Part shown: positions 10,135 through 18,693 of the stretch, in pieces
Layout of the letters: each line of letters begins with the position of its first letter
How positions within the stretch are numbered: position 1 is the first letter of the stretch
Origin: Nitrospirota bacterium
GTDB taxonomy: Bacteria; Nitrospirota; Thermodesulfovibrionia; Thermodesulfovibrionales; UBA9159
Direction: 5' to 3'
NCBI GenBank assembly: GCA_963699545.1
Contig: CAVOUE010000007.1
Span: forward strand, 1 to 64,000
DNA length: 64,000 bases
Notes under the pieces: model-generated
What the model was told of the DNA's origin: nothing
The model's input: the letters and a program-made list of their open reading frames with translations, nothing else
Databases searched by the model: none
Position numbers and translations under genes: made by a program

Positions 10135-11497
10135 AGAACTGTTTCCCCCTTACAGGTAAGAGTATCGAGAACTCGACGCCTCTGGGCAATACATTCCTGA
10201 CTTCTATCCTACCGCCGTGAGCGTCGACAATCCTCTTGCTGATAGCGAGACCGACACCCATCCCCGCAGGCTTCGTAGTAAAAAAAGGCTCAAAGATATG
10301 GTTCATTATATTAGTCGGAATGCCCGGCCCACTGTCGAGAAAACCGATTTTCGCGTAGGACTGATCACATGTGGTCCGGATAATCAACTCACCGCCGGGT
10401 CCGCAGGCTTCCGCCGCATTCTTAACGAGATTCAGGAAAACTTGTTTCATAGACAGAATGTCGGCCTGGATCATTTCCAGCTTCTCCGACAGCTCCAGAA
10501 TTATTCTCATATCTTTCGTATTGAGCTCCGCCAGTTTCACGGTCTTCCGCAGCAGATCGTTTAGAGAGATCGGCTCGCTTTCCGTCTTTATCGGTTTTGT
10601 AAAGAACTGAAAGTTGACGAGAATACTGTCCAGGCGGTCGATTTCTTCCCGTATGATATCCAAATATTCGCCGTTCTCCTGGTTATGTTCGCCATCCAAC
10701 TTATGAGAGAGAAGCTTCGCTGCACCCTTAATGGAACTCAGCGGATTCCGGATCTCATGAGCAATACCTGCCGCCATCTCGCTCAAGGCCTCAAGCTTCA
10801 TCCGCATCTGAGCAAGGATGTCATAGGCTGTCCGGTGTTTGAAGACGCCGATGGCCAGGACAGAAGAAGAAACGACCGTCCCCAGATGACCCAGGGGAGG
10901 AACATTAATTTTCATGATCTGCACAAGGTCTGTTATTCCTGTCAGGACCCCGATGACCACGGCAAGTAAGATGTAGCTCAGCCTTTTCTTCTCATCGTCA
11001 TTGGTTCGCCGGATAGAGCTCAGCAATACCGCGACAGTGTAGATGAAGACAGGAATGAGGAGGCCAAAATAGCAGATATTCCAGGCGACGCCGTCCACGA
11101 ACCGTTGAATACCTGCATCATACATTGCCAGAGGAGCGCTGAAAGCAATGAGGCCCGAGAGAATATAGAGCGTGATGACCCAGATCGGGTCTTTCTGTTC
11201 AGGTCTGACGAGAGAACTGACAAGATGAAACATAAGGGCGGGCAGCATCCCCGTACCGATCAACGAAAAATAAAACCAGAACTTTTCGCGTGTGAAATAT
11301 ATCATAAGGTCGCCGAGATTCCATATTATTGTGGCGACGCAGATGAGAAAAAAAATGAGGAATATACTGCCTCTTGAAGTGCGAACCAGAACAAGAACAG
11401 CAAACACGGCGTTAATCAAGACCGCCACAAAGGCTAAGGAAGCGTCAATGGTAAGGAGTGTTGTTCCATGGTGCTGAAACGCAAACGCTATCTTCAA
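10109..11497 (-). CDS. Sensor histidine kinase with N-terminal 7TM-type domain
   Basis: About seven hydrophobic segments, AHEIRNPL, NAAEA, DSGPG, GMGVGL. Confidence 0.9.
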   Translation of the reverse strand: MKIAFAFQHHGTTLLTIDASLAFVAVLINAVFAVLVLVRTSRGSIFLIFFLICVATIIWNLGDLMIYFTREKFWFYFSLIGTGMLPALMFHLVSSLVRPEQKDPIWVITLYILSGLIAFSAPLAMYDAGIQRFVDGVAWNICYFGLLIPVFIYTVAVLLSSIRRTNDDEKKRLSYILLAVVIGVLTGITDLVQIMKINVPPLGHLGTVVSSSVLAIGVFKHRTAYDILAQMRMKLEALSEMAAGIAHEIRNPLSSIKGAAKLLSHKLDGEHNQENGEYLDIIREEIDRLDSILVNFQFFTKPIKTESEPISLNDLLRKTVKLAELNTKDMRIILELSEKLEMIQADILSMKQVFLNLVKNAAEACGPGGELIIRTTCDQSYAKIGFLDSGPGIPTNIMNHIFEPFFTTKPAGMGVGLAISKRIVDAHGGRIEVRNVLPRGVEFSILLPVRGKQFYGGNADHR

Positions 11498-11738
11498 ACG
11501 ATCTTCCCTCTCTCACGCCTGCCGAACCAGGCTCAGGTGAGTTCTCTCTTTTTGTGCCTCTCCACCATAGGGTACCGGACATTATCCCCATAGCACAGAC
11601 AGCGCCTGGTGGCTGCCATAGTGCGCCTTATGGAATTATATGTCCTCCTTAGCTATATTACAAGGTTTTCTTCCCGACTCCACTATTCCGGCATTCTCAT
11701 GTTGTAATAAATCTGGTATTATTCACACAGGTACTGTT

Positions 11739-13122
11739 ATGAAGATACAATTCCTCGGCGGTGTGAGGACGGTTACAGGGACATGCTTCCACCTGGAGAT
11801 GCCCGAACTCAGGGCCCTTGTTGATTGCGGCTTGGTACAGGGCGGCGATGACGAATCCGTGAACAGGGAGCCCTTTCGCTTCGATCCTGCGGGAATTGAC
11901 TGCCTGTTCCTTACCCACGCCCACATTGACCACAGCGGACTCGTGCCGAAACTTGTGAAGGACGGTTTCAAAGGGAAGATCATCACTACCTCCGCAACAG
12001 CAGACCTTGTGGAGCTGATGCTCTATGATTCGGCCCATATCCAGGAAACAGACGCCGAATGGCTTACAAAAAAAGCTCTGCGTGCCGGAAAAGGGCCGGT
12101 CGTGCCCCTCTACACAGTGGATGATGTAAAGAAGGTGATTCCCCTCATCACCAGGGTTCCCTACGGAAAGCCATTCCCTACGGGAAAGGGGATAAAATAC
12201 CGCTTCCTCGATGCAGGCCATATCCTCGGCTCGGGGAGCCTTGAGCTCTGGTTCCAGGATGGACCCCGGGAGAAAAAAATACTCTTTTCCGGGGATATCG
12301 GGAAAAAGGGAAACCCGATCCTTAATGATCCCGCAGTAGAAACAGAAGCGGATTATGTTGTGATGGAATCCACCTATGGGAACAGGCTCCACAAAAGCAT
12401 GGATGAAACGGTGAACGAACTCCTTGAGGCGATAAAGGTCACCTTCAAGCGTGGAGGGAACGTGATCATCCCCGCCTTCGCCATAGGCAGGACACAGGAT
12501 ATCCTCTATGTTCTGAACAGGCTCGTGCGGGACAAGAGACTTAACAGTATCAATGTTTACATCGACAGCCCCCTGGCTGAAAAGGCCACCATGACATACC
12601 TTGCCCACCCCGAGTGTTTTGACGAAGAGGCGAAGCGACTTCTGAAGGCGGGGATACTCGAAGACTCCATAAAACTCCGCTTTACCCATACCGTTGAAGA
12701 ATCCATGGCGCTGAACAGGATCAGATCCAATGCGCTCATCATCGCCGGAGGCGGCATGTGCGAAGGGAGGAAGGATCCGGCATCACCTGAAACACAACCT
12801 CTGGAGATCTCAGTGCTGCATCATCTTTGTCGGATTTCAGGCAAGGGGGACCCTCGGCAGAAGGATTATTGACGGTGCAAAAGCGGTCAACATCTTTGGG
12901 GAAGAGATAGCGGTAAAGGCTGCAATCTATACCCTGGGAGGGTTTTCCGCCCATGCCGATCAGAAGGAACTGCTGGACTGGCTGTCGGCGTACAGGAACA
13001 GCCCCCGGATTTTTGTGGTGCACGGGGAGAAAGAAACGTCAATGACCTTCGCAGACCTTGTGAGGGAGCGCTACGGCTTTGTCACCAACGTTCCGGCAAA
13101 GGGAGAGACGTTTGAACTCTAG
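11739..13122 (+). CDS. MBL-fold beta-CASP metallo-hydrolase (RNA-processing type); frameshift near 12770
   Basis: LTHAHIDHSG, AGHILGS, FSGDIG, MESTYG, GFSAHAD, VVHGE across two frames. Confidence 0.9.
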
Positions 13123-13277
13123 CTGCTGAGCGCCAGGGTTGTTCCCGGTTTCCTGCCTGCTCATCCCGACTTCTGGAAGACATGAATAGTTGAATTACGA
13201 AGTGTTTACGGATCAGGCAAGGGCCACGGCAAAAAACACTGAAAGCCGAATGCACTGGGGCAGGGAAATCCCTCCCC

Positions 13278-14192
13278 TCAGCGTATCACGTAGGACATAA
13301 CGGTAAAGAAGAATACGGTCAGGCTGATATAACCGTTCATATCGAAGAATGCCTTGTTGAGCTTCCGCAGGTCATGAGGTCTTACCAGCGAATGCTCGTA
13401 GAGGAGCAGGATACCTGTCAAGCCGACTCCGATGTAAAAAGGGATTGCCATACCGAACGTTATCCCCGTGAACAAAAGGAGCATCCACGTAGAAAAGTGG
13501 CACGCCCGGGAAATCCACAGTGCTCTGGCGATCCCGAATGTGGCAGGTATCGAATAGAGTCCGTATTTCCTGTCAAACTCGACGTCCTGAAATGCATAGA
13601 GGATATCAAAGCCTGCCAGCCAGAACACCACTGAAGAGCCGAGGATGAGGAACTTCGGGTCAAATCCGCCCGTGACCGCGATCCAGGCGCCCACCGGAGC
13701 GGCAGAGATGGTGATACCGAGGACAAAATGTGACGTCCACGTGAACCTTTTGGTGAAAGAATAGAGAACGAGGAAAAAGAGCGCAACTCCCGACAGCCGG
13801 AAACAGAGGGGGTTCAGCATATACCCGGAGAAGACGAACAACGCCATCGCGATGGCGACAAACAACACTGTTTCCCACAGCGTTATTTTCCCGGCAGGTA
13901 TCTCACGGCCAGCAGTCCTCGGATTCTCCCGGTCTATCTTCCTGTCGATGATCCTGTTCAGCCCCATGGCGGTGGTCCGCGCAGAGACCATCGCCATCAC
14001 GACCCAGAAAAGGGTCTTCCCCTGAGGAACTCCCCTTGCGGCGATGAACGCGGCGGTGAGCGCGAAAGGCAGAGCGAACACCGAGTGGGAGAATTTTATC
14101 ATCTTCAAATAGAGGACCGCCTTTGCAAGAAGTCCCCCGACCTTTGCTCCCGATGCGTTGCCCTTTTGCTCCAGTCGGCCCTCCTCTTTCAT
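13278..14192 (-). CDS. UbiA-family polyprenyltransferase (MqnP-like)
   Basis: IKFSHSVFALPFA, NRIIDRKIDRENPRT, GFDILYAFQDVEFD. Confidence 0.9.
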   Translation of the reverse strand: MKEEGRLEQKGNASGAKVGGLLAKAVLYLKMIKFSHSVFALPFALTAAFIAARGVPQGKTLFWVVMAMVSARTTAMGLNRIIDRKIDRENPRTAGREIPAGKITLWETVLFVAIAMALFVFSGYMLNPLCFRLSGVALFFLVLYSFTKRFTWTSHFVLGITISAAPVGAWIAVTGGFDPKFLILGSSVVFWLAGFDILYAFQDVEFDRKYGLYSIPATFGIARALWISRACHFSTWMLLLFTGITFGMAIPFYIGVGLTGILLLYEHSLVRPHDLRKLNKAFFDMNGYISLTVFFFTVMSYVIR

Positions 14193-14953
14193 GCCTTCAC
14201 CATTCCCGACAGGCTATGGATCAATCCCTCACAGAGAAAGATCAGGGTCTCGACATCGATGAACCTTGTCGTCACCGAGTCAAACAGCATTGTGAGGGAT
14301 GAGGGGAACTCCTCTTCAGCGCGCCGGTAGAGAATGAGCGTTCTTATCCTGGGCAGGAGATCAAGGGACCATGCATGGTCCGCCGAAAACCCCTGCATCT
14401 CCACAGCGCCAAGTCGTTCAAGCGCCGACGCGGTCTTCGCGGTGTCCCGGTCCATCAGCTCCCGCAAAGGCTCTTCGCATTCTCTCCGGAAGGTGGACAC
14501 CTTTACAAATCCGTCCTTCAGTTCAGAGAAAGAGACCCACTTCCCCGAGAACTCACCCTTCCCCCTGTTTCTGACATAGTGCAAAAGAAGTATCTTGATC
14601 CAGGGGTTCCGCGTATCGGGACTGATCACGCCGTCGCTGTCTACAGCGTATTCCTGCCCTATGCAGCGGACAATGAGTCTGTCCTCCCTCATAAAGCACC
14701 CTATCCCGGGAGCAATTTCGGCAAGACTCAGCTTCGACACTTCATCTCCGAGGGATCTGACGAGTTCCTCGCGCCAGTCACCCTTGCCAAGCATGGAGAG
14801 TATTGCCACGCGGTCTTCAGCTTCAATATATCCGCATTGTTCGAGCTGGTCAGGATTGCCGCCCAGAAAGACTGCAAATGACATGCACGTCCGGGGCGCG
14901 CATTCGCCGCAGTTGGTCTTTGGCAGGAGCTTATAGATTTCAAGCGGGTTCAT
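14189..14953 (-). CDS. Fe-S-binding domain protein with DUF3786-like C-terminus
   Basis: LLPKTNCGEC..TCMSFA..C (AcsC/RnfB-type FeS domain); KILLLHY, WVSFSEL, LLPRI motifs. Confidence 0.75.
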   Translation of the reverse strand: MNPLEIYKLLPKTNCGECAPRTCMSFAVFLGGNPDQLEQCGYIEAEDRVAILSMLGKGDWREELVRSLGDEVSKLSLAEIAPGIGCFMREDRLIVRCIGQEYAVDSDGVISPDTRNPWIKILLLHYVRNRGKGEFSGKWVSFSELKDGFVKVSTFRRECEEPLRELMDRDTAKTASALERLGAVEMQGFSADHAWSLDLLPRIRTLILYRRAEEEFPSSLTMLFDSVTTRFIDVETLIFLCEGLIHSLSGMVKA

Positions 14954-15065
14954 GGCATTCAAGAGGGTAGCCGCAAGGGTTAACTCATTATCTCCCGATT
15001 TTGATTGGTTAACGAGTTAAAATTGTTACAATATTACTCGTATTGCTTAAGAAATGTCAAATTTC

Positions 15066-15124
15066 TTGCCATATCCGAGTGCTTGCCGTATGATAACGAG
15101 AAACTACTCAATAACTTGTTAGAC
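15066..15124 (+). promoter_or_regulatory. sigma70 promoter followed by an attI-like core site
   Basis: TTGCCA-N17-TATGAT (15066-15094), then CAATAACTT-GTTAGAC (GTTRRRY at 15118-15124) 12 nt before the ATG at 15137. Confidence 0.5.
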
Positions 15125-15136
15125 AAAATATATAAC

Positions 15137-16024
15137 ATGAACTCACAACCACAAAATAAATCACACCCCATCTGGCATAGTGCAAAAAAAGAATGGAGAG
15201 AGAATCCCATAAGGACTTCGCTTGCAATAGCTGCGTTTTTAGGTTTGTCGGGGTATGGTATCTGGCTTCATCGGTATGTATCAGAAGCAATAAAAACATC
15301 TGGAGTAGCAAATATACCATTGTTAGTGTTTGCTCTGCTGTCAGCATCGCTTGCATTCCTTCTTTTTCGCTCCAAAAAAATAATCAAATCCCCATCTGAC
15401 AAACATCCTAATACAGATAAAGAGACATATAATAAAGAGAATCTTGAGGATCAATTCAAGCGTTCCATGTTGCCCTGGAAATTTCATGACAAAATATCCC
15501 TCAGCATCGGTGCCTATCATGATGTTTTAACCAAGCACGGCAAACCGTTCTTCCGTATAACTCTCAAAGATATTTCACGAAAGAATATGCCTCCCCCTTA
15601 TGAATCAGACCATACTCCCGAAGAAATTACAACCGATGTTGCGACTGTTGGGTTTACTCACGGATTCATGCTTGCTCACGGATCTCGTATCAAGAAAGTC
15701 GAAACGTCGCCGTTTTTCGATGAATACTGCTATGACATGACCAAGATAGAAAACGACGAGGAAGACCGCTATTCCGTTTTCTTCTTTAAAACCGAACACG
15801 TTGATGACGGTGAATTCTTCTTCCGTTGTTATGTTGACCATATCAACCCAATTAAAAAGGAAGCGGAACTGAACATTTATTTCATCTGGACGACTAATTC
15901 TAACGCGGAGCTGTCCATGCCTATAAAACCAGCCTCTGCATCTTCTGAGCCAGGCCCGGATGACTATCATGCGACAAGAAGAAGTTTTTTCCACTCCGAT
16001 AATGAACGCCCAAGAAGAAGCTAA
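15137..16024 (+). CDS. Hypothetical membrane-anchored protein (cassette-like, AT-rich)
   Basis: Open frame with two N-terminal TM helices; visibly AT-richer than flanks; no recognised family. Confidence 0.7.
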   Translation: MNSQPQNKSHPIWHSAKKEWRENPIRTSLAIAAFLGLSGYGIWLHRYVSEAIKTSGVANIPLLVFALLSASLAFLLFRSKKIIKSPSDKHPNTDKETYNKENLEDQFKRSMLPWKFHDKISLSIGAYHDVLTKHGKPFFRITLKDISRKNMPPPYESDHTPEEITTDVATVGFTHGFMLAHGSRIKKVETSPFFDEYCYDMTKIENDEEDRYSVFFFKTEHVDDGEFFFRCYVDHINPIKKEAELNIYFIWTTNSNAELSMPIKPASASSEPGPDDYHATRRSFFHSDNERPRRS

Positions 16025-16214
16025 TTCCAACCTGGCGCTCGTCATCGACTCGCCAAAAACGGCGAGTCAGCGCCGCGTTCCCATCCGGCGCTTCGCGCCG
16101 AACGGGAATGCGGCGGTAAGCGTCACCTGCCTGTCCTCGGCGCAAAGCGCCTGCGGGAACCAGGCAGTCAAGACGGACACCCCCTTCGGGGAGCCGCTTA
16201 CCGCCGCATTAAGC
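16025..16214 (+). mobile_element. Cluster of degenerate attC-like recombination sites separated by short hairpin spacers
   Basis: TTCCAAC(16025)...GACTCGCC/GGCGAGTC...GTT(16077); GGGAAC-CAGGCA-GTCAAGACGGAC...CCGCTTAC-CGCCGC-ATTAAGC (16155-16214); perfect 16-bp inverted repeat 16107-16122/16195-16210. Confidence 0.55.
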
Positions 16215-16263
16215 GACTACATGTAGATATGCCAAGTGATTTACTGAAGTTGTAGGATACCGT

Positions 16264-16761
16264 ATGAAGCTGAAACGAATCGTTTTGACTTTATTTGTTG
16301 GCGCAATTTGTGGCGCGATCATCGGGGCAGCTGGTTTTGCTCTGTCGGAACGGGTGTTTGGTCGCGGAATCGGTATTCTTGGTAACTCGTCTTCTCTGGC
16401 GGCTGTGATTGGGGCGGTTTACTTAGGTACATGTGGCGGAGTAATGGGAACCATGATTGGGATAGGGAATCTCAATGTATCAAGGAGCGTAGTTGTCGGC
16501 TTAGCATGTGGAATGCTTCTCGTAATACGGGAAATGTGTAAAAGCGAAACACAGTATTTCTATAAAAGCGGTTATTTTGATAGACAAATGTTCTTCAGTG
16601 ATATCGTGCATTGGATGACGTTGGTGCTGGGTCTTGCGCTTGTAGCCGTGGCAGTCTCAGTTTTCAACGTAAAGTATGGAGCGAAGGGAGATAGTTGTAT
16701 CAGGGGCGTGAACGAACAAAAAACTAAGGGGTCAGCACTTGAAATTGACAAAGATGACTAA
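16264..16761 (+). CDS. Hypothetical membrane protein (cassette-like)
   Basis: About four Gly-rich TM helices; stop codon immediately followed by CCCTAAC. Confidence 0.7.
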   Translation: MKLKRIVLTLFVGAICGAIIGAAGFALSERVFGRGIGILGNSSSLAAVIGAVYLGTCGGVMGTMIGIGNLNVSRSVVVGLACGMLLVIREMCKSETQYFYKSGYFDRQMFFSDIVHWMTLVLGLALVAVAVSVFNVKYGAKGDSCIRGVNEQKTKGSALEIDKDD

Positions 16762-16834
16762 CCCTAACCAGTTGCTCCGGCGGGGAACCCGCTGAACTCA
16801 TGGGTTCTCCCGCTCGCTTCGCTCGCGGAAGAAT
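16762..16834 (+). mobile_element. attC-like site plus hairpin spacer
   Basis: CCCTAAC-CAGTTG-CTCCGGCGG-GGAA-CCCGCTGAAC-TCATGG-GTT(16804), then CTCCCGCTCGCTTCGCTCGCGGAAGAAT. Confidence 0.5.
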
Positions 16835-17055
16835 GCGGAATTGAGCCTCATGCCTCGTCCAGGTCGCTCCGCGCCCTGAACAAGACATTCCCGCATCCCC
16901 AAAAGCGGCCCTATCCGATCCCAACGGTCCTCTTACTGTCTTTCATCCCTTCCACCAAGTTGGTGGTAGCCCCCGGTAAGCAACATGTTTCATGCTTGCC
17001 CGGCAGCCATGACAACGGCCCGGGTCCGTAGGGAAACAGACCCGGATCTCAGTCC

Positions 17056-18279
17056 TTACCTGTCGATGCTTATCCTTCTGGAAACTTTGTGAATTACCAC
17101 TTCATCACCCGGCAGATGTCTCCAGACCAGCTTCACTTCCGCGTGGGCTTCTCTAACGTTCTCAGGGAGCTTGATCTCAAACGTCTCTTTGTTGGGCATG
17201 AAAGGCTGGAGGCTCGTGTCGCGGAGCAGCCCCAGTTTGGCGAACGCGCCGTAGACCATCGCCTGACTATATCCATTGCTCGACTGGGGCATATAGATCT
17301 TCTGGTCTTTGAACATCTCTTTGCCGTCTTTATCCTTTACCGTTATGTCGAGCGTCACCCTGTTGGGAGATGGACAGCCATCGGGATACCTGTGGCCGAT
17401 CCGGCTCGTCACTGTGGTCTTTACCACGACCATGGGAACCACTTCTTTTACCGTCGGTCTGAACTCATATCCGAGCGCATCGACTTCCAGGTCGATCCAT
17501 TTTTTCAAACGTGCGATCGTCAGTTTCTCATCATCATAGTTAGGAGGGAATGTATGCCCCAGGTTCTCTCCTCTCATATGACAATCCTGACAGGTCTCGG
17601 TCTTTCCGAGGGCGACATAGGCATGGAGATAGCTGTCATAATTGGATACACAGTACATCGGCTCATCAAACCCAATGATATTCGGTCCCGTGTGGCACTG
17701 ACCGCAAAAAGCGGGGTCCTTCATGATATTGCTCTTCTTTGCGGTCGGATAGTTCTTATCGCCATGCACGCCGACGCCCTTCGGTCCGTATATAACTCCC
17801 TTTTCCGGGTATCCGTCCCTGAAATGCCTCACGATCGCCCTCGTGTTGTGGCAGATGACGCAGTTGATAGAGAGTTTCTCGAGAACGTTCACATCGTTAT
17901 TCACTATCGCCCGGGCCACCTGGTTGGCCACCTCGTCAGTTGCATCCTCGAGCTGGGGCAAATGGCATATGGTGCAGGGTTTCATGTGTGCGAACTTCAC
18001 GTCTTTCACATCCCTGACCCCCGAGCTTTTCAGCACCTTGTCTTCAGGAAGGGCCTCGATCAGGTACGCCTTCCATGTCGACGCCGTCCTCCCTTTTGTC
18101 CCGATAAGCGCCTTATGATGATTCGACTCTTCCCATTGTTTGTAGATCTCAGCATGACACTGCTTGCAGCCTGAAGAGTCATACCTCTTTACAAGCTCAT
18201 CAATAGACTTTGCCTTCTCTCCAAATGCAGCGGAGGGAATTACAAGCACTAAGACCATTAAGATCAGTTGCGGTATCAT
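17056..18279 (-). CDS. Pentaheme c-type cytochrome, ExtKL/MccSep-like, Cys form
   Basis: Signal peptide, AKSIDELVKRYDSSGCKQCH N-terminus, five CxxCH motifs, GHRYPDGCPSPNR motif. Confidence 0.8.
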   Translation of the reverse strand: MIPQLILMVLVLVIPSAAFGEKAKSIDELVKRYDSSGCKQCHAEIYKQWEESNHHKALIGTKGRTASTWKAYLIEALPEDKVLKSSGVRDVKDVKFAHMKPCTICHLPQLEDATDEVANQVARAIVNNDVNVLEKLSINCVICHNTRAIVRHFRDGYPEKGVIYGPKGVGVHGDKNYPTAKKSNIMKDPAFCGQCHTGPNIIGFDEPMYCVSNYDSYLHAYVALGKTETCQDCHMRGENLGHTFPPNYDDEKLTIARLKKWIDLEVDALGYEFRPTVKEVVPMVVVKTTVTSRIGHRYPDGCPSPNRVTLDITVKDKDGKEMFKDQKIYMPQSSNGYSQAMVYGAFAKLGLLRDTSLQPFMPNKETFEIKLPENVREAHAEVKLVWRHLPGDEVVIHKVSRRISIDR

Positions 18280-18693
18280 TGTCGTCTCCTCCTTCTTCTC
18301 GAAGGGTCTTGGGCAACATTGCCCAGGCCCTGTTGACTCCCTTTACCCACATGATACCAAGGAACAGGGGAAATAAGAAGGCCCTGTCAAGAAGCGCGGG
18401 AGAGTAAATGAAGGATTGCAGAGAATCATTGATGATCGTGTCCTGCGAAAGATATGCTGCGGATTGTGCGGAGAGGGCTCTTGAACGGGGGCTCAAAACG
18501 TCGTTTCAGAAGTTTTTTGCTTCAAGCCTGCCGTGATCAAGGAATGACTGATACGCGCGGGGCAGCGATCTCCAAGATGATGCATGTCCACGACGAGTCA
18601 TTCTGGCATATTTCAGAGTTCACTGTTTACCGCCGATATGATAGAATTATGTGGTAGGCTCTATGCGTCTGAAGAAATCCGGGGGGAGGACCA

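Noticed and set aside
11739-13122. MBL nuclease as an anti-phage defence gene
   Set aside because: Typical stand-alone beta-CASP family member with no defence-type partner genes nearby.
16945-16980. CCACCA/TGGTGG sequence resembling a tRNA 3' end or integration site
   Set aside because: No T-loop (GTTCRA) or cloverleaf; just a short hairpin between convergent genes.
17370-17385. Possible selenocysteine recoding in the ExtKL-like gene
   Set aside because: The codon is TGT (Cys) and the frame is uninterrupted.
17089-18174. Long antisense ORFs (for example 17089-18174, 20135-21316, 31276-32220, 51992-53167, 57949-59166)
   Set aside because: They shadow well-supported genes on the opposite strand and show no recognisable motifs.
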